Assembly: GCA_021325135.1 (NCBI GenBank)
Contig: JAJPHT010000036.1
Coordinates: 1 to 64,000, forward strand
Length of the DNA: 64,000 nucleotides
Direction: 5' to 3'
DNA from: Pseudomonadota bacterium
GTDB lineage: Archaea; Thermoplasmatota; SW-10-69-26; JACQPN01; JAJPHT01
Of the stretch, positions 47,650 through 56,718 are shown piece by piece (the first letter of the stretch is position 1; every line of letters starts with the position of its first letter). The notes below the pieces were generated by a model that saw nothing but the letters and a program-made list of their open reading frames with translations, made no database searches and was not told where the DNA came from. Both the position numbers and the translations under genes were made by a program.

Positions 47650-48951
47650 ATGAACGGGAGAATCGTCGTCCTCGGCGTCCTGCTCCTGAGCGCCGGGCTC
47701 GTGGGCTGCATCGGCGGCAAGGACAACGGGGGCAAGGTCAGCCAGCAGTCGACGAACCACACGGGCGTCGTCTCCGCCAACGAGACGACGCAGCCCAACG
47801 GCGCGGAGATCTCGGCCTTCAAGGAGACGAACAAGACCGAGACCACCGGCATGGGCGCCATGATGCACATGCACGACTACTGGGGCAAGGACACGCGCAA
47901 GGTCATCTGGGACCAGGACGCGTGGCTCCTCCCGCTGCCTCTCCTGCCCGACGGCAAGAGCCCCGGCACGGCCATCGCCGACTTCGACATCCCGTACCCG
48001 AACCTCACCTACGAGGGCACGGACCACCTGGAGCTGTCGCTGACCAACGTCACGGTGGACCCCACCGGCATGGCCGCGCACCCGCAGCCCAGCCTCCTCT
48101 TCGACTACCTCACCGCCAGCGACGAGCCCGGCAAGTTCCGCACCGGCGGCGAGATCAAGCAGGGCACTCCCTTCATCCTGCCCGTGAAGCCCACCGACGC
48201 GGACATGCCCCACACCGAGAAGTCGCTCTGGGTCTTCCGCCTCTACACGTCGCAGGCCACCTCCATCAGCTTCCACATCCGCGTGACCGCGGTGAAGGGC
48301 AACGCCATCGCCAACTGGCCGCCCCACCCCAACCTCTACGCGGACAAGACCGACCGCACCGTCTACGACGGCGACGTGAAGCTCTCGAACGAGGGCACCG
48401 CGCAGGAGAACGTCGACGGCAAGGACCCCGCCTGGACGCACCCCGAGCGCGTCATCAGCTGGGGCACCGACAGCCTCGACGTCACCATCAGCAACGTCGT
48501 GTTCACCGCCCAGGGCGGCGCCGTGACGCCGGACCACTTCCTGCTGGAGTACCACAACGCGACCTTCGTGCCCAAGCTGGGCAACGGCGACCAGGCCGGC
48601 GGCCGCATCGAGGACAAGGGCACCGACGGGAAGACGTTCCACTTCCACGTCGCCGTGGACAACCAGTCCTACGACTCGCCCTACGGCCAGAAGAGCCGCT
48701 GGGGCTTCCGCCTCATGCCGCGCTTCGCCGGCACCGCGGACCCCACCAACTGCTTCGAGGTCATCGACCAGACCGACCCCGCGACCTACCACGACCTGCA
48801 GAACACGTTCATCGGCTGCCAGTTCGTCCCCTGGGACATGACGTACCACCTGACCGTCGTCGCCCACGGCCACAGCACGGCCAACGGCGTCGACGCAGGC
48901 GGATCGACCGCCGTGGCCCAAGGCGCGCCCACCCCGCCTTCGAACGCGTAA
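47650..48951 (+). CDS. Lipoprotein of unknown function, paralog 1
   Basis: Lipobox LVGC; MMHMHDYWG; DSPYGQKSRWGF. Confidence 0.85.
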   Translation: MNGRIVVLGVLLLSAGLVGCIGGKDNGGKVSQQSTNHTGVVSANETTQPNGAEISAFKETNKTETTGMGAMMHMHDYWGKDTRKVIWDQDAWLLPLPLLPDGKSPGTAIADFDIPYPNLTYEGTDHLELSLTNVTVDPTGMAAHPQPSLLFDYLTASDEPGKFRTGGEIKQGTPFILPVKPTDADMPHTEKSLWVFRLYTSQATSISFHIRVTAVKGNAIANWPPHPNLYADKTDRTVYDGDVKLSNEGTAQENVDGKDPAWTHPERVISWGTDSLDVTISNVVFTAQGGAVTPDHFLLEYHNATFVPKLGNGDQAGGRIEDKGTDGKTFHFHVAVDNQSYDSPYGQKSRWGFRLMPRFAGTADPTNCFEVIDQTDPATYHDLQNTFIGCQFVPWDMTYHLTVVAHGHSTANGVDAGGSTAVAQGAPTPPSNA

Positions 48952-49011
48952 AGCCCCAAAGAGGCTGCCGGGGCCCAACGCTTAAGCGTGCTCCAAGGCC
49001 CTCCCCGGGCG

Positions 49012-50313
49012 ATGCTTGGGAGAGCTTCGGTACTTGCAGTGCTCGCGCTGCTGCTGGGGGGCGGCCTGGCCGGCTGCATCGGCGGCAAGCTGGACGCCGG
49101 CAAGGTGGGGACCCAGTCGACCAACTCCACGGGCTTCGTCTCCGCCAACGAGACGAGCCAGCCCAACGGCGGGGAGATCTCGGCGTTCAAGGAGACGAAC
49201 AAGACCGAGACGACGGGCATGGGCTCCATGATGCACATGCACGACTACTGGGGCGGCCAGACGAGGAAGATCATCTGGCAGACCGACGCGGGCCTCATCC
49301 CGCTGCCGCTGCTCCCGGACGGCAAGCAGGCCGGCACCGCCATCGCGGACTTCGACATCCCGTACCCCAACCTCACCTACGAAGGGACGGGCCACCTGGA
49401 GATCCTCGCCAAGGACTACAAGGTCCTGGGCCCTGAGCCCGTGGCGCACCCGCACGTCACGTTCTACTTCGACTACCTCACCGCGGCGGACGAGCCGGGC
49501 AAGTTCCGCACGGGCGGCCAGCTCATCGACGGCACGCCCTTCATCCTGCCCGTGAAGCCCACCGACGCCGACATGCCGCACTCGGAGAAGTCGCTCTGGG
49601 TCTTCCGCCTCTACACGGGCGAGGCCAACGCCATCTCGTTCAACATCACCGTCACCGCCGTCAAGGGGAACGCCATCGCCAACTGGCCGCCGCACCCCAA
49701 CCTCTACGCGGACAAGACGGAGCGCGTCATCTTCGACGGCGACGTGAAGGAGCACTCCTCGGGCACCGTGCAGGTGAACATCGACGGCAAGGACGTCGAG
49801 TGGGTCAACCCCGAGCGCGTCATCAGCTGGGGCACGGACTCCGTGGACGTCACCGTCACGAACCCCGCGTTCAGCTCCGAGGGGAGCGTCGTCACGCCCG
49901 ACCACTACATCCTGGAGTACCACAACGCGACCTACATCCCCAAGCTGGGCAACGGCGACCAGGCGGGAGGGCGCGCGGAGGACCAGGGCAACGACGGCAA
50001 GACGTGGCACTTCCCCGCCAAGGTCGACGCGCAGTCCTACGACTCGCCCTACGGGCAGAAGAGCCGCTGGGGCTTCCGCTTCGTGCCGCGCTTCCAGGGC
50101 GATCCCACCAATTGCTACAGCAACGTGGGCGGCAGCCCCGGCCCGGACTACCAGTTCGTGCAGGAGTTCATCATCGGCTGCCAGTTCGTGCCGTGGGACC
50201 TCACCTACCACATGAGGATCGTCGCGCACGGGCACAGCACCGCGACGGGCGTGGACGGCGCCGCGGACCCCAACGCGGGAATCGCCACGCCCACGCCGCC
50301 CACCAAGGCGTGA
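49012..50313 (+). CDS. Lipoprotein of unknown function, paralog 2
   Basis: Lipobox LAGC; long blocks identical to paralog 1. Confidence 0.85.
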   Translation: MLGRASVLAVLALLLGGGLAGCIGGKLDAGKVGTQSTNSTGFVSANETSQPNGGEISAFKETNKTETTGMGSMMHMHDYWGGQTRKIIWQTDAGLIPLPLLPDGKQAGTAIADFDIPYPNLTYEGTGHLEILAKDYKVLGPEPVAHPHVTFYFDYLTAADEPGKFRTGGQLIDGTPFILPVKPTDADMPHSEKSLWVFRLYTGEANAISFNITVTAVKGNAIANWPPHPNLYADKTERVIFDGDVKEHSSGTVQVNIDGKDVEWVNPERVISWGTDSVDVTVTNPAFSSEGSVVTPDHYILEYHNATYIPKLGNGDQAGGRAEDQGNDGKTWHFPAKVDAQSYDSPYGQKSRWGFRFVPRFQGDPTNCYSNVGGSPGPDYQFVQEFIIGCQFVPWDLTYHMRIVAHGHSTATGVDGAADPNAGIATPTPPTKA

Positions 50314-50505
50314 CGCACGACAGCCCTTGATCCCCACGAGCTTAGTGGGGGCCCGGGTCGTGCCCACCCTCGGCCCCCCCCGCCCTCCCCGTCGTGCGGC
50401 ACGAGCCTCTGCCACGTGGACCTCGGATCGCCGCAGCCCTTCGGCTGCGGGGCGGGAACGGCCATGGCCCCCTCCTGGGGTCGCGGCAACGAGGCACAGA
50501 CCCCC

Positions 50506-51576
50506 ATGCGCCGCTTCCTTGCCCTCAGCTTGCCTGCTATCCTTCTTCTCTCCGGCGTCACGCTCGTCGCGACGGGCGCGTCGGCGTCAGATCAGCTCTG
50601 GTGGTGCCAGAGCGAGGTCAACGACAACGGCTTCTGCGCGGGCTCCGTCTGCGCCGGCAACGGCGGCTGGGGCGAGTGCGCTCCCCAGGCGTCGGAGAAG
50701 GTCTGCACGCAGGGCAACGCGCCCTGCCAGGGCCTCGACGTGCTCTGCGTCTACGGCCCCAAGGTCCACGAGTGCCTCATGGGCTGCGCGTGCTACCCGG
50801 CGTCCCCGTCCGCCTCGCAGCCGCAGCCGTGCGTGGACTGCCCGACGTACCCCATCGTGTGCGTCTCCGGCGTCACGGCGGTCCCGTGCGGCGACGGCGA
50901 CGACGCGTGCGTCCAGGTCGGCGCGCTGCCGCGCCACTGCGAGGACCTCCCCGCGACGACGTGCAACGTGCCCTGCCAGCAGCACGCGGAGTGCACGGCG
51001 TTCATCGGCTCCGGCGCCGCCGCGGCGGTCTGCTTCGTGGACGGCCACGAGGTCGGACCCGTCCAGACGTGCGACACGTGCGCGGTCCTCTTCGGCGTCA
51101 CCTGCCAGGTGGGCACCGACGCGGACGGCTGCGACGGCGTCAACCCGCCGCCCTGCGCGTGCATCCCCGCCGCCAGCAAGCCCATCCCCGTCCCCGTGTA
51201 CCTCTGCGTGCGCGGCGTCAACGCGGCCCACTGCTACTGGGGCGGCCAGGACAACACCGCCTGCCTCGCCATCGGCGAGCAGGTGCCCCACTGCGTGCCC
51301 GGCCAGGACGCGACCTTCACGTGCGGCGACCTCGCCCGCGTCTGCGCGGACCCGACGGACCCGTGCGCCTGGGGCTGGCTCGAGTGCGTCCCCTGCGAGA
51401 GCGCCAACGGCTGCTGCGGCGCCGCCTGCCCCCAGGAGGCCTCGCTGGCCCCCGCGGGCGCCGCGCCCCCGCCCCCGGAGTGCATGCAGGTCTACTGGTC
51501 CCAGGACTTCGGGCCCGTGGGCGTGACGATGCAGGACTCCTGCCACGTCACGGTCCAGCAGCACGTCCTCGCGTAG
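50506..51576 (+). CDS. Secreted cysteine-rich repeat protein
   Basis: Signal peptide; 40 Cys in 356 aa by hand count. Confidence 0.8.
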   Translation: MRRFLALSLPAILLLSGVTLVATGASASDQLWWCQSEVNDNGFCAGSVCAGNGGWGECAPQASEKVCTQGNAPCQGLDVLCVYGPKVHECLMGCACYPASPSASQPQPCVDCPTYPIVCVSGVTAVPCGDGDDACVQVGALPRHCEDLPATTCNVPCQQHAECTAFIGSGAAAAVCFVDGHEVGPVQTCDTCAVLFGVTCQVGTDADGCDGVNPPPCACIPAASKPIPVPVYLCVRGVNAAHCYWGGQDNTACLAIGEQVPHCVPGQDATFTCGDLARVCADPTDPCAWGWLECVPCESANGCCGAACPQEASLAPAGAAPPPPECMQVYWSQDFGPVGVTMQDSCHVTVQQHVLA

Positions 51577-51635
51577 GCGTGGAGCCGCTCCTCGTCGGGA
51601 GCAGCTTCAAGCCGGGGAACGGGCAGTCCCCCCTC

Positions 51636-51718
51636 GCGAGCGTCGCCTAGCCCGGTATGGCAGGGGACTCAAGATCCCCCGTCTCAGGACATCGTCGGTT
51701 CGAATCCGGCCGCTCGCA
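51636..51718 (+). tRNA. tRNA-Leu (CAA)
   Basis: Acceptor stem gcgagcg/cgctcgc; anticodon arm gggga-ctCAAga-tcccc; long variable arm; T loop ttcgaat. Confidence 0.93.
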
Positions 51719-51801
51719 CTCCCCTTCTATTTGATCGCGCGGGGTTGTCCGGATTCCGGCCGACCGCAACCCGCTTTCCGCGACACCCCGGGGGGAGGAG
51801 C

Positions 51802-53967
51802 GTGCCCCGCGCCTCCGGCCCCGACGCAGGGGTGGCCAACACCCTTGAGGCGATCGTCATCGCGGTGGTCATGGTGGCCGCCGTCGCGTTCGTGGTGACG
51901 TTCCAGACGCCCGCGGCCCCCTCGGAGGGCTCGCGCGGCGTGCTGGAGGGGCGCGCCCGCGACGCGCTCTCCATCCTGGGCGACGAGCCCGTGCTGGACA
52001 GCGCGCTTGGCACGAACCTCATGAGCGTCGCCACGATGGAGTGCCTCCAGGGCAACTGCTCGCGCCTCACGACGAAGCTCGCCGACGTGCTGCCCAAGGG
52101 CGCCTCCTACGCGGTGTACCTCAGCAACGGCGTGGGGCTCTACCCGGTGTACGCGCCGCGCTCGCCGCCAGGCGAGGCGATCTCCGTGGACCGCCTCTTC
52201 GAGCCCCAGTGGAGCTACGCCTTCCTGGCGCCCTCCATGGACATCGTGAACCCGACGCAGGACCCCATGCTGGTCTACGACCTGCCGGTGTTCAACTCCA
52301 ACGTGCTCACGCCGCAGGGGCACGTCCTCGACGTGGTCGTGCACGGCACGCGCACGAGCGACGGCTCGGACTACCTCATGCGCACGAGCGTCGCGACGCG
52401 GGCCGCGGCCAGCGCCAACGCGTCGCTCACACCCGCGGCGTCGCTCTACTTCGTCGACGGCTCGGGGAGCCCCATCGCGTCGAGCGACCTGCGCAACCAG
52501 ACGCTCAGCGCGGGCATCGCCACCAAGGCGCCCGTCGCGCTGACGCTGCGGCTCAACGAGTCCGCGGGCGTCGCCATCCCCGCGGGCGCCAACGTCACGG
52601 TGCAGCTGCCCCGCGGCTGGAACGCGACGGCCTCCCCCGCCGTGAACGCCGCGGACTGGATGATCCTCTCCAACGCCACCGACGCCAACGCCAGCGCGTC
52701 GGGCGCGGACCTCGTGGCGAGCCTCAACCACGCCGTGACGAGCGGCGTCGTGGACCTCAAGCTGAACGTCACGTACCGCGGCGACCAGGACGACCACTAC
52801 GTGATCCGCGCCGCCATGAGCCGCGGCGTCTACGCCACCGCGTCGCTCCTGGTCACGGGCGACGCGCACGCGACGCTGCCCGCCTTCGAGGTGCCCGGCG
52901 TCTACCTCAGCGCGCCGCGCCCCATGGGCGCCACCGCGACCACGACGTGGACGCTGGCCGCCAACGTGCCGCAGTCCCCCTCCGTCTCGCTCTCGGACGC
53001 CGTCGCCGTGACCGAGATCGACATCACCGAGGAGACGAACGCCTCCATCTTCGGGAGCGTGACCGGCGTCTCCAGCGCCGGAGGCTCGTGGACGGCCAAC
53101 GGCAGCGCGCTGACGTGGCGTGGCAACGCCACGGTCCAGCACTTCGCGCCCCTCAACCTCACGTTCCGCGTCGCGGGCAGCGGCCTCGCGGGCTCGACGG
53201 AGGACCGCTCCCCCTTCTGGCCCACGGTGAGCCTCGGGGGCTGGAGCGGCCGCATCGCGGACCCCTCCTCGCCCGGCGTCTTCCGCACGCCCATCCTCCC
53301 TTCGGACTCGTCCTACTCGGGCTACGACGGCTCGACGGGGGCGTGGGTCGAGGCGAACCACACCGCGGCCAGCACGGCGGTCTACCGCGCGACCGCGCTC
53401 CCCGGCACGTTCGCCTACTCGTCGGGCTACGCGACGGGCATGCGCGACGCCCTCTTCGGCTCCGACGTGGGCCCCGCGCAGCGCCGCGTCGCGACGGGCG
53501 GCACCGCGAACGTCAGCGTCAACGTGCAGTCCCTCGCCTACCAGCTCGCGGAGCTTGGCATGAAGCCCATCATCACGCTGAAGCTCTACCCGCCCTGGAC
53601 GGGCGACGCGCGCGTCCCCATCTGGTCCTCGACGCTCTACGACGCGCCCGCCCTCCTGGGCAACGCTTCGTTCCTCAGCGTCCTCGACCTCAACGGCGAC
53701 GGCACGCCCGACGCCGGCAGCGTGGGCCGCTACAACGTCTCCATCCCCGTCCCCTCCAGCTGGCTCTTCGGCCCCTACGTCCTCGACGCCGAGGTGGACT
53801 GGAACGACACGCTCTCCGCCGTCGTGGGCAACGCCACCATCAACGCGCCCGTCGTCCGCGCCGCCCACGTCTACGACTACTTCCTGGCGACGCCGCCCAA
53901 CACCCTGTCTCCGGCGAGCCCGGTCTACAACGCTCGCCTGGTGGCGTGGTTCGACGACTGGCGCTAG
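51802..53967 (+). CDS. Large pilin-like surface protein
   Basis: GTG with GGAGGAG RBS; DAG/VANTLEAIVIAVVMV class III-like signal; many NxS/T sequons; ends ARLVAW. Confidence 0.75.
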   Translation: MPRASGPDAGVANTLEAIVIAVVMVAAVAFVVTFQTPAAPSEGSRGVLEGRARDALSILGDEPVLDSALGTNLMSVATMECLQGNCSRLTTKLADVLPKGASYAVYLSNGVGLYPVYAPRSPPGEAISVDRLFEPQWSYAFLAPSMDIVNPTQDPMLVYDLPVFNSNVLTPQGHVLDVVVHGTRTSDGSDYLMRTSVATRAAASANASLTPAASLYFVDGSGSPIASSDLRNQTLSAGIATKAPVALTLRLNESAGVAIPAGANVTVQLPRGWNATASPAVNAADWMILSNATDANASASGADLVASLNHAVTSGVVDLKLNVTYRGDQDDHYVIRAAMSRGVYATASLLVTGDAHATLPAFEVPGVYLSAPRPMGATATTTWTLAANVPQSPSVSLSDAVAVTEIDITEETNASIFGSVTGVSSAGGSWTANGSALTWRGNATVQHFAPLNLTFRVAGSGLAGSTEDRSPFWPTVSLGGWSGRIADPSSPGVFRTPILPSDSSYSGYDGSTGAWVEANHTAASTAVYRATALPGTFAYSSGYATGMRDALFGSDVGPAQRRVATGGTANVSVNVQSLAYQLAELGMKPIITLKLYPPWTGDARVPIWSSTLYDAPALLGNASFLSVLDLNGDGTPDAGSVGRYNVSIPVPSSWLFGPYVLDAEVDWNDTLSAVVGNATINAPVVRAAHVYDYFLATPPNTLSPASPVYNARLVAWFDDWR

Positions 53968-53986
53968 GCCATCTGCTCGCGCTCCT

Positions 53987-54064
53987 CGATGCAACCCGAA
54001 CCCACGAACCACCGAACCAAAGATAGGACCCTGGTCCGGTGGTTCGTGGATTCGGGTTGCATCG
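53987..54064. terminator. 33-bp-arm hairpin between convergent genes (periodic-hairpin family)
   Basis: cgatgcaacccgaacccacgaaccaccgaacca / tggtccggtggttcgtggattcgggttgcatcg. Confidence 0.7.
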
Positions 54065-54085
54065 CGTGGCTTGATCATGATGATA

Positions 54086-55675
54086 TCAAGCGGTGGCGTC
54101 GCGCAGAGCATCCACCAGCCGATGCATCTCGGCCTCCCGCTCCGCCTCGGCACGCCGCGCGGCCTCGTCGCGGGAGTCGCGCGTCACGAGCACGAGCACG
54201 CGCCCCACGCGGCTGCGGCCCGTCCTGCCGCGGCGCTGGATGGTGCGGATCTCGCTGGGGATGGGCTCGTAGAAGACCACGAGGTCCACCGCGGGGACGT
54301 GGAGCCCCTCCTCCGCGACGCTGGTGGCGACGAGCACGCGCACGCCGCCCTCCGCGAAGCGGCGCAGCAGCGCGGCCTGCTCCTCCTGCGTGAGGCCCGG
54401 GTCCTCCGCGCCCTTGTCGGCCTGCCCCACGAAACGCTCGGCCGCGACGCCCGCGCGGCGAAGGCGCTCCAGGAGGACGCGCACCGTGTCGCGGTACTGC
54501 GCGAAGACGAGCACGAGGCTGCCGGGGCTCTCCTCCAATTGCATGCGGACGGCCTCCAGGAGGGCGTTCTCCTTGGGGTGCGAGACTCCGGCGCTCCTGG
54601 CGATCTGGAGCGCCCGCTGCACGCGCGGGTCCCGCAGGAACGTCGCCTGCGCGCGGCTGGGGTCCTCGCGCCCCGCGGCGCGCTCCACGTACATGCGGAA
54701 GGGCGCCATGCCCTGCGTCTCCAGGAGCTCCAGCGCGTGCGCGGCCTGGATGGCCACGCCGTGGTTGAGCATCGCCGCGAAGAAGAACCCCTTGGACGCG
54801 CCCCGCGCGCCGTGCAGCCTCTTCCTGATGATATCGCCCGTCTCCATGAGGAGCCCCTTGCCGATTCGCGCGTCCACGTTCCGCCGCGGGATGAAGGGCC
54901 GCAGCTTGCGCAGGCGCTCGGCCAGCACGCGCTCCAGCTCGGCGCGCGCGGCGCGGGCGGGCTCCGGGAGCGCCACCTCGCGGAAGAGCACGCGGAGGTC
55001 CTTCACGAAGGGGCGCACGTCCTCGTCCCCGCGCGCCCGCGCCTCCACGCGCGGCCGGCCCAGGGCCTCCAGCACGGCGTCGACGCGCTCCCGCCGGCTG
55101 CCAGGCGACGCGGTGAGCCCCAGGATGCGCGGCTCCGCGCGCTGCGCGAGGTAGGCCTTCGCCAGCGGAACGTAGGGGTAGTCGCCCACCGCGCGGTGCG
55201 CTTCGTCCACCACGAGAAGGGCGACGCGGGAGAGGTCGACGCGCCCCGCCTCGACGTCGTGGGCCAGGCCGTGGGGCGTCGCCACGACAACGCGCGCGGC
55301 GGCGAAGGCGACGGCGCGGCCCGCGGGTGAGACGTCGCCCGTCAGCTCCACCACGGACTCGGGGCGGAGGGCCAGCGCGTCGCGCAGCGCGCCCGCGTGC
55401 TGGCGCACCAGCGGGCGCGTGGGCGCGACGACAAGGGCCTGCGCGCCCGGCTCGCGGCGCAGGCGCTCGGCCGCGGCGAGGAGCGCGATGGCGGTCTTCC
55501 CCAGCCCGGTGGGCAGCACGACGAGGAGGCTCCCCTCCACCGCCAATTCCGCGAGGCGCGTCTGGTACTCGCGCGCCTCCAGGGCGCCTTCGCGCACCAG
55601 CGGGTGGTGGACGAGCCCGTCGCGCTGGGCGAAGGGCGAGCCCTCGTCGTAGGCGTCCAGCGTGCTCTGCGGCAT
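54086..55675 (-). CDS. Hef/FANCM-like SF2 helicase (helicase region only)
   Basis: REYQ, LPTGLGKT, DEAH, GLTASPG, ATSVAEEGL, QRRGRTGR; no ERCC4 nuclease domain. Confidence 0.9.
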   Translation of the reverse strand: MPQSTLDAYDEGSPFAQRDGLVHHPLVREGALEAREYQTRLAELAVEGSLLVVLPTGLGKTAIALLAAAERLRREPGAQALVVAPTRPLVRQHAGALRDALALRPESVVELTGDVSPAGRAVAFAAARVVVATPHGLAHDVEAGRVDLSRVALLVVDEAHRAVGDYPYVPLAKAYLAQRAEPRILGLTASPGSRRERVDAVLEALGRPRVEARARGDEDVRPFVKDLRVLFREVALPEPARAARAELERVLAERLRKLRPFIPRRNVDARIGKGLLMETGDIIRKRLHGARGASKGFFFAAMLNHGVAIQAAHALELLETQGMAPFRMYVERAAGREDPSRAQATFLRDPRVQRALQIARSAGVSHPKENALLEAVRMQLEESPGSLVLVFAQYRDTVRVLLERLRRAGVAAERFVGQADKGAEDPGLTQEEQAALLRRFAEGGVRVLVATSVAEEGLHVPAVDLVVFYEPIPSEIRTIQRRGRTGRSRVGRVLVLVTRDSRDEAARRAEAEREAEMHRLVDALRDATA

Positions 55676-55770
55676 GGCCCCTTCGCGTGGGCGCGCATCA
55701 GGCTGGGCCATGCGCCTGGCGCGTCGAAACTGGGCTGGACGCCTGGCGGGTCCTTCCTCCGTGGGTTTGC

Positions 55771-55895
55771 CCTTTGGTCAAGGGTCCAAAGAACGCAATG
55801 AGCGCGAAGAGCGCCAAGGTCGCCAAGTTTTCTCTCGTCGTCGCGTCCTTCGCGCTCGTGGCGCTCGTCGCGTTCTTTGGACCCTTGACCGAAGG
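55771..55895. repeat. 125-bp MITE-like palindrome with 26-bp terminal arms and 9-nt periodic interior
   Basis: cctttggtcaagggtccaaagaacgc...gcgttctttggacccttgaccgaagg; interior aatgagcgc-gaagagcgc-caaggtcgc. Confidence 0.85.
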
Positions 55896-55901
55896 AGAAA
55901 A

Positions 55902-56615
55902 TCACTTCCGCGCTTCCTTCTCCGCCAGCATCTTCTCGGCGCGGAGGAGGTCGTCGGACTTGCCGCTGCGGTCGGCCGCCGCGATGGCCGCCTCCACGTC
56001 CGCCATGGCGAGGAGGGGCTTGCGGGCGCGGAGCATGGCGGCGCGGCCGCGCAGCTTCTTCGCCGCGGCGCGCACGGCCTCCACGTCGGCGGGTGGCGCG
56101 ATCTTCCTGGGGGGCTCCCACCTGGGCGCGGGGTTCGCGGGGTCCACCTTCCCTTCGTAGGCGCGCACGATGACCGGCGGCTCCAGGGGCCAGTCGCCCG
56201 CGCGGGTGGGGCTGGCGAGGATGCGGCGCAGCGCGTCGCGGCCGTCCACCATGCGGCCGAAGACGCAGTAGTTCCCGTCGAGGTCCTTCTGCGGGCCGTC
56301 GCAGAGGTAGAACTCGGAGGTGGCGGTGTGCGGGTCGGGGAGCCGCGCCATGCCCAGGGCGCCGTCCGCGTGCTTCAGCGGCGAGGACTCCAGGCGGATG
56401 GGCGGGTGGATCGCGGGCTTGCGCGAGCCGTCGGGGCGGTAGCCGCCGGCCTGGGCGACGAAGCGCGGCACCACGCGGTGGAAGACGGTGCCCGCGTAGA
56501 AGCCCGCCTTGACGTAGGCGAGGAAGTTCGCCACGGTCCTGGGCGCGTCGTCGGGCGCAAGCTCCAGCGTGATGTCGCCTGCGGTCGTCTCCAGCGCCAC
56601 CAGGGGGCCCGTCAC
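55902..56615 (-). CDS. Cyclophilin-type peptidyl-prolyl isomerase with C-terminal extension
   Basis: APRTVANFL, FHRVVPRFVAQAGG, GALGMAR, LDGNYCVFG. Confidence 0.92.
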   Translation of the reverse strand: MTGPLVALETTAGDITLELAPDDAPRTVANFLAYVKAGFYAGTVFHRVVPRFVAQAGGYRPDGSRKPAIHPPIRLESSPLKHADGALGMARLPDPHTATSEFYLCDGPQKDLDGNYCVFGRMVDGRDALRRILASPTRAGDWPLEPPVIVRAYEGKVDPANPAPRWEPPRKIAPPADVEAVRAAAKKLRGRAAMLRARKPLLAMADVEAAIAAADRSGKSDDLLRAEKMLAEKEARK

Positions 56616-56718
56616 AGGCCGGCAAGCGGCCCTCGGCGGATGAGGCTATCCACGGTGGGGAAGCGGCGAACGTGCCAGAACCGCCACGCACGGGGGCGCC
56701 AGCGACCCTGCGATCTCC

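Noticed and set aside
47650-50313. Diversity-generating retroelement (TR/VR pair)
   Set aside because: Both copies are full genes, differences are not adenine-specific, and no reverse transcriptase is present
51636-51718. tRNA as an island integration site
   Set aside because: No duplicated tRNA 3' end or integrase seen; flanks have host-like composition (same for tRNA-Ile)
54086-55675. Hef as a truncated pseudogene
   Set aside because: All helicase motifs are intact with a clean stop; helicase-only forms occur in Thermoplasmata
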